Below the pieces are notes generated by a model that was not told the origin of the DNA, did no database searches, and saw only the letters and a list, made by a program, of their open reading frames with translations. Below, piece after piece: positions 49,938 through 61,900 of a DNA stretch of 64,000 bases. Numbering within the stretch: the stretch's first letter is position 1; each line of letters starts with the position of its first letter. The stretch comes from Klebsormidium nitens (lineage: Eukaryota > Plantae > Klebsormidiophyceae). The DNA lies in contig DF237004.1 of the NCBI GenBank assembly GCA_000708835.1, forward strand, positions 131,480 through 195,479, written 5' to 3'. The position numbers were made by a program, and so were the translations under genes.

Positions 49938-52900
49938 ATGTTTGAAGGTTTTGTGTACCAGCTGCTCGCCGGCTACTTGGGGCACTATGTCAAAGACATT
50001 CAAAGAGAGCAGCTCCGCATTGGACTTTGGAGTGGTGAGTCATCTCTGAATGTTACACTCCTTTCTAGCTTGAGGCGAGAAAAACTTCTTTGAACCCAGC
50101 ACTTTCAACAAGTCCCCCCCCGCACCTCGATCAAAGCCAGGCAAAGAGCAGGGGAAAGTCGATCGTTGTTTCTTCAATGGAGCTCATGTGCCTTCTGCTT
50201 TAAACTCAAACAGCCAGCTCATCAGTCACTTTTGTCCTCGTTGTGAGGGTGTGTCTCAAAATCAGATGCCATGCGATATGTAGGAAGATGTGAAGCGCGA
50301 CAAAGGATGTTTGCGTCAATCTGCAATTTTCAGAGATCTCTGTAACTGATGCTGGTAATCTAGTCACTCTGAATGCTGCGATTGACCTTCCATAGCTTAC
50401 AAGGATTCTTGATCTTCTCGACCACCACTCAAGCTTCCGTGACACACATTGCTAGTTTCTGCTGCCCTTCTATCTGGCGAGCTTGGTTGATTGCTTGATG
50501 ATGAATGAGGCAATCAAAGTGTCCTTTCTTGCAATCTGGGGCACACTTCATGCAGGCGTGGCACTCTTGGAAAATGTCGAGATTCGACTGGAAGCATTTG
50601 ACTACCTGCAATTGCCATTTGCAATACAGTCAGGTAGGTCTGAAGGTCCCCTCTTCCAAGTTATGCTGGCTTCTCCGTCCTGTCTCCAGATTTGGCTTTG
50701 AAAGTCATCGGACTTAGTGGGGGCTGGGCATGACAATCTGGGTCAAGAAGATGTGATGCGAAAGGGCCTCTGCAATTGACGCCTGGGCCTTGCTGCAATT
50801 TAGCAAAAGTCCTATAATGATGAGTTGCTGAATGTCAATGGGAAACGATTGCTAGTAAGTCATACAAAGTTTGTACTGTGGTTGAGAGGTTCATTAGAAG
50901 ACAAACGGACCTCTTCGCTTCATGACCTGTACTTACCACAGCAGATCTGGCTACATTACATTCAAAGACTGTGTCCCGCATAACTAGCTGCTTTCACCGT
51001 ATCTCTTGATCTCTTGATTCAGAAGCTCTCCTTGTGCTGCCAGACTAGATTCCATAAAGGGTTTCCATGCGCATGTACACGAAGGACAGAAGCAGTGTCT
51101 TCCCATGGTTCGTGACAAACTGCCAAGTATAGTAACAACTGAGAACGATGTTTCAGGCACGATTGGCAAGCTGCAACTGCAAGTCCCCTGGAAGCGCCTT
51201 GGCTGGGATCCCATCATTGTTGCCCTGGAAGATGTGGTAGTCACATCAGGTCCTCGAGAAGATGCTGAGGTAAGGGGAAGATAGAGCCTTTTCTTTTGTA
51301 GGTTGAGAGAAAAGCTTGTTTCTCTTTTTGTTTGAATTACGGTCACAGTCTTAAATGAAGTTCTGAAAGCTTTCAAGCTCAAGGACCACGAATTGTGCTT
51401 TCAGGCTCCAGGATCCTGTAACTCGACTAGTACCAGCTGGGAATTCCAATAAAGTGAGCGAGGACATGAGACAGCAATGTGCGATTTGAGGTCTTCAACC
51501 CTTTTCTGACGGCCCATAGAGCGAAGCTTTCTGGTTGAATATTTCGAATATTCCCCGACTGTTACACCCATCGTTTAGAAAGATGGTCTTCCAATGATTC
51601 CCTTTCGTGATTATCTCCAAAGCCACTGACATTTCGACGAGGGAACTTCAGAAGATTGAAAGAGGTAAACTCCTTTTTGTGACAGTGGGAGGCGGGCCCG
51701 GCAGAGAAGCGGGCCCTTGCAGCCAAGAAGGCAAAGCTGGCCGCGGCGGAGATCCGGAAGCTGTCAGAGCGCGTCTCAGGTACCAGACCATCTGTCTGGC
51801 ACATCTCTCGTTCTTTGTTTCGCAGCTGTTAATCAGAGAGGCAACGGACACGTCAAGCTTTTGAAATTCCCACCCAGTGTCATCTCATTTGAGAATGAGT
51901 TTGATCACGAGATCACGGCCGTTCTAAGCTTAAAAGTGGCCTGATCACTTCGCTTGAATACGATGCGGGAGGAGTAATAATGTGTGCATCACCTGATTCC
52001 TTTCATCGACACTTCAGACAAACAATTGCGCTGGGCAGCTGATTAATAGGTTCAGCAGAACCTGAAACGTAGTGTCAAACGTTTTCACTTACGGCATAAA
52101 TTTCGCGTGGAGTTTTGGCAGGACTGGAATCTGCGGTGCGAAAGGAGTGGCAATTGTCGATTTGAATCTTACGACAAAGCAAACGACCCCCACGGCATGC
52201 TCACGCTCAACCTGCGTATGCAATCTTAAAATTGAGAATGGAAAGCATCTGGCCCAGGTTTCGGCAATCGTTGCAGTTGCTCACCCTGATTTTATTCTAA
52301 CCTTGTTTTGCAGAGGACAAGTCGGGCCAGTCCTTCATGTCCTATCTGTCCGCAAAGGTACGGACGGGCAACGCCTTCCAATTATCAACATGCTGTCCAT
52401 ATCGTCTGACATGACAGAACTCGTTGACCGATGCACTGTGTTCGCGTCACGCTGCAAGAACCCTCTACTTCGTGATAATCCAGCTTTCGAAATGGAACCC
52501 CGGGAGAATGGATCGAAGAAGTCGCTCGGAGGAAAAAAGATGTTGCACTTTCAAATGGGTACTGCTCATCTTTGGATTTACTAGCCTTTTGGCTAAAGGT
52601 AAAGATTCGAAGTACCGTTCTCTCTGCAGATCATCGACAACGTACAGGTTGCCGTCAAGAACATCCACATCAAGTACGAGGACCCGCATACGCACCCCGA
52701 GGTGAGAGCTCTGCGTTATCGCGTTTCGCCGGTTGACAAAGTCTTTTGAATACTCTGGTTCGAGATTGATGGGGAGATCAACAGGCCACAACTCCCAGCT
52801 TCTTGTCGGAGAAAAGCGAGTTTTGCCGGCTTTGTCTGCTCAAATCTTCGGGAAGTCGTTTTTCATCAGGGCCAACTTAGCTTAAGCATTGCGTTCCTGT

Positions 52901-55900
52901 CGCCTCGAGAATAAGACGATTGTGCTACGTGTCATATACTAGATCCGGAAGTTGTTGACTTCTCCTATTGTCGTTTGCACCAGGGCCCCTTCTGCTTTGG
53001 CATTGTGCTGTCGGGGCTAAACCTGCGGAGCGCCGAAGGATGGCAACTCTCTCCTACTGCAAGGTGCGCCGTATGCCTGAGCCAGAAAGCTCTTTCTGAC
53101 CCTTGCAACAGTGATACTGCCCTCAGGATATCGTATGTAGAAAGCATTGCCCCTGTTCGGGAAGGAGCAATCTCGGTCCTCTGCACATTTGGAATCCTAT
53201 AGCACTGTCCACCAATCCCGGCTCTTGACATCCCGGGTTGTTACGCTTCTTTGCACGTCGCCATGGCAGCAACAGACGTCGCACGGGTGTCAAGGAAGAT
53301 AGAAAAACAGGTTTACTTTGGAGAATTTGTGAGCGTCCTTGCATACTAACGCAGGAACAAAGCATCCGTCCTTGTTTGAGCGCACCTTCAGACCCGCTTT
53401 CCGTCCCAAGCACCATCTAGTTTGCCATCTGAACTTGTCTCCGGACATCGACTTCGTGTTGATCTGGAACCCCGTTATTTTCCCACTTCGAACTTCCATC
53501 CGAGTACGCGTCCAAATTGATTTTACCCGGATACCCGTTCGGTTTTCCACTCGCATAGCAAAGCGTGTCCAAGTATTTGCCTGACGACCTGACACTTGGT
53601 CCGCACACTCTTCGAACCTTCAAAATGAGAATAGAAGAGATCTCAACAACGAAGAGCAGATGCAGATGCCTGACGGTCGAGAAATCTACAGAAACAACGA
53701 TGAGTAGACACATTGTCATCTCAAGCGGCAGCAAAGGAGGCTATCTCAAGTAGCTAAAGCGGTGACGGCTGTCCGAACTTTGTCCGTACAGCAGCCCAAC
53801 CGCGTCCGGCAAGAAAGGCGCTTCCAACTTCGTGCACAAGATGATCGAGGTGGACCGCCTTGGAGCCTACTGGAACTCCCAGAGCGATCTTCGGGAGAAG
53901 CAGCGCCGCCGTGCCAGGGGGGCCGGTTTGCCCGAGCCTGAGCCCCCCCTGGAGGAGTACGCATACCTAATGCGCCCAGTGGACGTCAAGATCAAACTGG
54001 CGGTGAGGTTGACCCTCCTTTCAGTTCGAAGCCGAAATCTGCTTTCTGCCCTTGAGTCTACAGTCTCTGTAGTCTGGTCAAGATCTTTCTACTTACGGAT
54101 GCAACTTCTTTATAGCTGCACTAGTTTGTCTTTTACCAGCTATCGTGCTCAATCAATCTCGGAAGTTACGTGTCTTTCGTTGTTGTTGGTGTAAAGGAGG
54201 AGGTGTTTCTGCTTGCATAGCATGTCGTCATTCCTTTTTTGCACACCTCTGCTTGATGAACCACTCGATTAGTGCTGCGCTTCTCCTCCTCCCGACCTCT
54301 ACGGTTTCTTATTGCACCTATTCACACCGTTTTCCTTGGTGCAATACTGGGCTCGCTGACGCGAAGGAGGTGCTCACCTTGCTATGAGGTTTTCCTGCCA
54401 AAACTCTCGGTCTCCGTTGAGGTCGAGGTCGTGGTGTGTGCAGATCAACAAGAGTGCCGTCCTGGACAAAAGCACGCCACAGCACAGCGTCTTGGTCGAT
54501 GTCGAAGGGCTGGTGAGCGTCGTTCTACTTTAAAGAAGATGTATGTAACTTGATCCTCCCGCATCCAAGTTTGCTACTCGTCATGTCGTATTCTGGCGCT
54601 TCGCCTTTTGTGCTCGCATCCTTCGTAGCCGCACGTCTACTCAATCTCCTCCTGAAGTCCCAACCCATGCTTTTCGAATTGTATCGCATGAAGAGCAGTT
54701 CTGAAACGATTCTCGTTTTTTTCTCTAAAACTGTGACTTCGGTGGCCGCAGTCGTTCGCGTTGGAGGAGCTTCAGTTCCAAGAGATGCTGCTGCTGCTGG
54801 ACGCCATGTCGATATACGACCTGCGAGAAAAGTGAGCGAGCCCGCACTTACGTTCCGATTCGCATCCCGTTCCTCGGAATCCTGTGAGCTTGCTGTCGAT
54901 GTGTCTAAGGCGGTTCGAAGCGCACACGATTAAGGGTTTCACGCACGAACGATTCTAGAAAGGTCTCTGAATTTCGAACGCAGAGGCTACAGGACTACAG
55001 GACTCGCGATCAAATTCGGACGGTGTTTGAAATGTTGGCGCGCGTCTTGTGTAGGAAAGATAATGGTTCAAGTTTCAGGTGCCTTCACGACCTTGTTCTT
55101 GCAGCACCAGGTTATCTTTATTTGCGCAGGAAGTAAACAGTGTTTCAAAAGGCCTTCTTTCACGGTTGGGAAGCTAGACAGCGGAACTCGAGTCGAAGCT
55201 CTTCCGTCACCCACTGAACGGCTGTCTTTCCCGCCAGGTACGGCAAATATCGCCCCAATGCCGAGCTGATTGCGCGCCCTAGGGGAGGCACGTGGCAGCG
55301 TGCCTGGTGGCAATACGCTATCAACGCCGTCCTTTCGGACATCCACGCTAAGATCTACCGGCCCACGTGGCGCTACCTCTCGTGGCGCAGGTGAGCCGCT
55401 TGCTTGCCAATATCTGGTGGGAGCTTAGCGCTTGAACTTCTGACCCGAGCTTTCCCCTGACGATGGGTCCGGGAGCCTGTATCATGAAGGAATGCCCCGT
55501 TCTTCCTTAAGAGCGTGGTCGGTGAAGGATTCGCTCAAGGTGTTCCGCGCTGTTGACGAGAAGCCAATGGACGGATCGTCGGGCACACGTATGCGCGAAC
55601 AAGTAGAAGAGATTTGCTTCATACTGACTTCTCGTCCGTTGCGCAGAGACATGCGGAAGCGGTACGTGGCCATATACAAGAAGAAACTGGACCGAGTGAG
55701 GCACGGCCAGGTGAGACCTGCTGGACTTAAAAGCCTCCAGTCTTCTGATTCTCGTATGCATGTATTTGCAAGTTAGCGGTGCGAAGGCTCCTTGCAATGT
55801 TAAGTCCTCCCGATAATAGTTTCTAATTCGATGGGCAAAGAAAGGGGCTCCGCTCGCCCAATATGCAATGAGTCATTTGCTTGGGCATTCTTCCCTTCCT

Positions 55901-58900
55901 CAACCCTCGATCAGGTCCACAATTAGTACACTACTTTCCTTTACACCCCCTGACCTCAAAGAACACACAAGCTGCTGCGGCTGAATCAGATTGATAGAGT
56001 GGTCTTGAGAGGCAGAGGACTCTTAAGTGCCGTAGTTTTTCTTTTCAGTGGTCATACTCCGAATTTTTTCTAGACTTTTTTCTGGTCCTTGTGCAGGCAC
56101 CCGACAGCGTAGACTCGGCGCAGTTGGAGAAGATGGAGGAGAAACTAGACGTGGAGGACATCACCTTCTTCCGCTCGTGGGCGGAAGGCCAGATGAAGGT
56201 CGAGGTGCGGCCGACAATGCCAGCTTCTTTGGCGACCCATGCTTTCTGTCCTTTACAGAGTTGGAAGCTCTGGTTTTCAATACGGGGGTCTTTACAAGGT
56301 TCGGGTGAAAATATGAGTCGAAGTCCTCGCCATCAAGTGTCACATCGTGAAATCCACTTTTTGCGCCTGATGGTATCTGCATCTAGTCCACCAGCCGTTT
56401 CCGAGTTCTCATACTCCTCACTTTCCATCCACAGGCAGCACATTTGAGCCGTCAAAGGAAGCTGCACAATGTTTGGGGTAAATGATTACTGCTTGCCTGA
56501 CGTCCTTTCAGTTACCTCCTCTCCCCGCTTCTTCGGTGGGTCTCCAGCGCCAGAACGTCGAGTTCGCTTCGGTCAGCGGCGTTGCGCTCTGGGAAGAGCA
56601 CCCCCGAAAGCTGACCGCTAAGCACAAAAACGAGATTCTCACCTTTCCTTTCCTAGCGATGGGTCATGAGTCAGCGATGGGTCACGAGTCTTCGAAATCT
56701 CAACTCTCTGCAGGCAGCTGCACTGAGCCGGCGCGAGAGCGCGGAGTCCCCGGGGGCGGAGCACACGCGGGAACAGCAGGGCTGGCTGAGCTGGGTGTCG
56801 TGGGGGCTGCTCGGGGCGGGCGGCTCCTCCATCGACGCCGGGGGGTTCACGGGGGCCATCTCCGACAAGGATCTCAAGGCAAGCATCCTCCGGGTGGTGC
56901 CGTGCCTTTGCTTAACATCTAGCTCGTGTTTGAGCCCTGGCTCCTGTGCGCGTGGTCTCTTGTCTTGTATGTCAACGGCGGGCGGTCTACATCGTGTCGA
57001 GGAGCTCAGCAAGAGCACGATCTGCGGCGCTGCCCTTTGGACCTCTTGAATGTCGAGCAGATGTCGAGCGCCCCACTATGCTTAACCTGTCTACAACAGT
57101 CAAAGTGCCCCGTTTGCAAAGTCTAGATCGGTGAATTATGAGCCGTATGATTGTGAGGATCCAACCCAAGGGATATATGGGGCTAGCGTTGGGGTTTAGA
57201 TGAGTTTGGCTGTAGTTCGCGTGATCATCTGGGCCAGATATTCTGGGTTGTCTTTGTCCTTCTTGAGTAACCTCGTTCAGCTGGTTTGCTCTTGCAGGAG
57301 CTGTACAAGGCGATGGACTTTTACCCGAGTCTTTACGCGGAGGACTCGGCGTGGCCTAAGGAGTATTGCCACACCTCGCTTGCGCTCACCGTCCAGGAGG
57401 CGCTCTTCGCCCTCCGGAGCTCGTGAGAAGCACTCTTGACCCTACTTCGGCTTTTCGCCTTTGAAGGACTCAATATCTCCAAAAAGCATCCCGAAAAAGC
57501 CCATAGCTGGAATGTTCGTTTAGGAGAAGCATTTTGGACCCTTCCTTCAAGTAGCAGCACCCTGAAGACGTGGAATATGTGCCACCGTCGGCAAGCACTT
57601 ATAAGTAACTTACAAACCATTCTTATCTCCTACAGTGCAGCGATAGCCGCTGTGTGTACACATTGTGCGTGTTTGTGAGCAAATGCAGTTCGAGAGCGGC
57701 AAAGAACCCTATTGGAAACACGCCTCCTGCCGCCCCTTCAGGTACTCGAAGCGCGACATCATGCGGGCCTCGTTGCTGTCCGCTGACGTCAGCGTGCGGA
57801 TGCGGCGGGACTCGACGAGCGTGTCGCTGACGCTGGGCTCCCTGGAGGCGGAGGACCTGTGCAGCCCTGGCAGCACCTTCTCGCGCATCGTCTGCCCCAA
57901 GGTGACGTCACCTCGGCTGACGTCATCATCTTGTTCGCAAGCAACCTGCACAATTGTCGCTCTTCTCGTAAGGCTCTGGATGAACGAGGTGCAGCATTTT
58001 TTTAACTCCAAAACAATCTGGGAATCTGTGTGTTTGTTCAGGGTCCACGAGGGCGTATGCTTTTCCTCTCCCAAAGTTTGATCTGCTTCATCGACTGACA
58101 TCGTCAACCGAGGGCGCAATAGTTGCTAATTTCCACTGACTTTCATCCGTTCTATCTGCTTGATTCACAGCATTGGGCGGCGTTGGTACGGACAAATCCA
58201 GCCTGCTGATAGCGAGCTGCATCGAGCACTCGAGTCATCTTTTAGGGGGAGCCGAATTGCGAACGTCACTCTTTCCTTCCTCTGACCTCACACTGATATG
58301 TTCGCTTGGTCACAGGATACGGCGCCGCCACTCCGTTGGAGAACACGCGCCCAGCATGCTCCAGCTGAGCAGCATCAAGCACTGACGTCAACGCTACAGG
58401 GTGTCTGCAGGCGTCAAATGCTCCCTTCACTGACATCATTCCGTTTCGTTCGCTCGATCGCAGAATTCCACGGTGCCGATTCCGCTGGACAGCACGGACG
58501 CGTTCAGCCTGCTGAAGCTGAGCAGCATCAAGCACTGACTTCATCATTACAGGGCGCAAAGATTGCAGACGTCGATGCCTGCCTCCACTGACATCATTCC
58601 GTTCCGTTCGCTCGATCGCAGAATTCCGCGGCGCCGATTCCGCTGGATAGCACGGACGCGTCCAGCCTGCTGAAGCTGAGCCGCAGCCACAGCTACACGG
58701 TCGAGAGCCCGACCGGGAGTTGGGCCAATTTGGAGACGCTCGGACGTACGGACGAGCCCGCGCTGCCGCTCGTCCGGATCGAGGCCGAGCTGCACCCTGA
58801 GGAGCTCAACGTAGACGTCCGCGTACTGGTAAGTTGCGCTTGTCATTCGTTTATCCTATAGTTTTGCAAAGTTGGGTAGAAGGGTGCAAGAGAGCGGAAG

Positions 58901-61900
58901 AGGAATGAGTGGTGAGCGAGGTCGAAACGCGATATTTTGTGCAAGAAAGAGTAGAACGGCGATGAACATATAAAGGTCCAAGATTCGAGCCTTTCACTTT
59001 TGGTTCATTGGTTTAAGCAAGAGAGCGAAACAGACAACAATACAAGGAAAGAAAGGGAAGTAGTTCGGCAGCGGCTGAAGATTGGTCGAATGAGGTAGGG
59101 TGGCTTATTCTAGAACACTTGGTCTGTAACAGGATTTACAGCTTGGCAATTTCGAGGCGACAGAACACGTGCGCATCTCATTTGCAGGTCGCCATCCAGC
59201 CGCTAGAGATTGTGTACAGCCCGGCTTTCATCAAGAGGGCGGCCATGTTCTTCAACCACCCCGCCAGCATTCAAACCCACCAAGAGCTGGTAATGAGCGC
59301 CACCTGCCGGCACAGCCCTGTGTCCGTATGCGATTGAACTACTTCCCTGCGAACCCTTTGTTCAGTCGTTTCAGTGCAGAGGGGATGTCGAGGGGGAAAG
59401 CGGTCGTTTAAATGTCAACTGCGACGTGGAATCATATCTGCGTACGTACTTCCTTACTTGCCAATGTGAGATCCTGTCTGCTTACGTCCTTTGCTACTCG
59501 CCGCGTGTTGTCTCAAACTCAATCACTTGGCAATCTAGACAAAGTCTTTGGGGCTGCGATCCAGGCTCTGGAATGCGGCGGATGGGCCCCTCTGTTACTG
59601 AACGACTGGACGCCCTGCCTTTAAATATGATGGACTATGCGCTTAGAGCTTATCTGGATGACTTGCAGGTCGTCTCCGCTCTAAACGGCCTGGAGAACCT
59701 CCGAGCGCGGACCATCTCCAAGGCAGAGTGAGTGTCCAGCTTCATTCTTTGAGTCCACAAATTCCCCTGATCCGCAAGATTTGCACCGAACCTGGATGCT
59801 CTGTTGTTAAAGTTTTGTTGGGTGGTATTGTTGCGTGCGGCAGTCTGTGCGATTCTGTACATCGACCCCCCGTCCTAAAGGAATACGCTCCCTCGAGCTC
59901 CAAGGAGGTATCACTGCCGTCGACAAAAATAGGCCGCCTGATAGCTAGGTGCATCATACAGTCATCCGAGCGACGGTAGTACCGTCGGATCATTGGAGTA
60001 CCTGTCCTCGTATGTGAATCTTCTGAAACGCATGCCACTGTAGGTACGTCTTCTCGACGCGGATGCGAACGTCGTTCCAGATCAACGTGCACGCCCCGCT
60101 GCTGATCATACCCGAGGCGGGCCAAGAAACGGGCTCTACTCTGCTGGTAAGCGCGAAGGAAGCCAGGTCCAAACGACGAGCGGACGCATATTTTGCTGAT
60201 TCAAATCACTTTTCGAAAGTGGCAGCCCTTGCGCGGTCAACTGTGCCACCAATACTATTTGTCAGTTCCCCCTGCGGAAGCTGATTAAGGGCCGAGACAA
60301 ATTCTCGCTTGTTCCCAAATCGAGGGCGGCCAACCAGCGGCTTTGGTCGACCATTTTTGAACGCCGAACTCTTGATCTTCCTTGAACAGTTCGGAACCCC
60401 CCAGCTCGTACAGCTGCCGCAGCCCCCCCGCTGCCTTGATGACCGTTCTGCTGTCTGTAAGGCTCCGATATGAAGGTTGGAGCCCCGAAATTTGAGCCGC
60501 CCTCGACGTTAATCTGTTTGAGAATCTTTGAAAACCAATACTCAGAATTTAGAGATTTAAACCTTGCCAAATTACTCCAATTGCAGGTGGTGGACTTTGG
60601 TCTGCTCCAGCTTACATCCGGCGTCCAGCCTCAGATGGGCCCGGGCTTTTCTCGGGGCACAAGCGGCGACGGCTCCGCCTCTCGGCGCATGACGGGGCCG
60701 GGCGTCGGGCCATGGTCACAGGAGGAGCTGCGGGACTTGGAGCCGGGCATGAAGCGCAGCGGTAAGAATCCAACTGTATGCTTTTCGAGCTATTAGCAGC
60801 ATTTCGGGGTTCGAGAGCCTGGGGCTTGTAGATCTACGAATAGTTGCATGGAATCCACATCGGTGTCAGGGTGTCAAGCTTCCATTGCACCACGGGATTG
60901 GCGGATGCGCAGCTGGGGTTGAAATGGAGTAGTGTGCAGTTTGAGGGCACAGATGGGGTTCAGGAACTGTGGCGATATCTCCGTGTCATAACCCGAAGTT
61001 TGTTTATCTCTGAATGTGTCGCTGACATTTCGGTTCATCAGGGTTTACCAAAATGATGGTGGTTGGGGGTAGGCTATTGGGATGACTGCCGTTTGACTTG
61101 ATCTTTGAATGCTCCTGTGACAGCGAGCTTCCCTGGGGCGCGGAGGTTGGACAGCTTGCCACGTGGCAGCCCAGACGCCCAAAACAGCATCCTAAAGGAG
61201 ATCACTGACAGCGCTCTCTACGACCGCTTTCACTTCGAAGTGAAGGACCTACAGGTGGGTAGGCAATGAACGAACTTAAGAAAGTGCGTGGCTGCCTCCA
61301 TAACTTGTTCCATTTCGTGCTCACATGAAACCTGTCAATCTAGCCTATTTGGTATTTTGCTGATATTAGAGTTCGCAGATCATGGATCCGCCACTATCAC
61401 TGATACTCTCACTAGCTGTGCATCGTCTTAGAGGATGCCTACTTGGATTCCGCAGATGATAATCAGGTTCAAAAGGCATCTTTTAGGAAGGCAAGAATGC
61501 CTGCCTTGGCAACAAGAACCAGATCCAAGGTGAAAGAATGTGCGGGTAAAGGATGGATCACCAAATGTGACCTTGCACATCCTAAAGCCTATGCCGTCGC
61601 GATTGCGCAGATTGCGGTGGCCCGTCAGTCCAGCGACTGGCGCGCCATTCTGGAGCAGGACGGGTGGGACGCGCGCGTGCACCTCGTCAACCGCTTCGAC
61701 CTCAAGCTCATCATTGACACCAGCTCGCTGCCCTCCGACACCACCATCACGCGAACCAAGGTTGGTGTCATCTCCCTACCTTTCGAAACAGCTCGGTGGG
61801 GAGAGTTGTTGTAAAGAGAGATTGAAACCGGAACAAGGTGTGTTTCACTTGGTAACATAAGAACTTTGTTGCTCCTAATGATCACAAACACTCTGATTCG

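Noticed and set aside
58291-58681. CRISPR-like or satellite interpretation of the tandem repeat
   Set aside because: The units are contiguous copies of an intron/exon junction with no unique spacers, and the context is eukaryotic with no cas genes.
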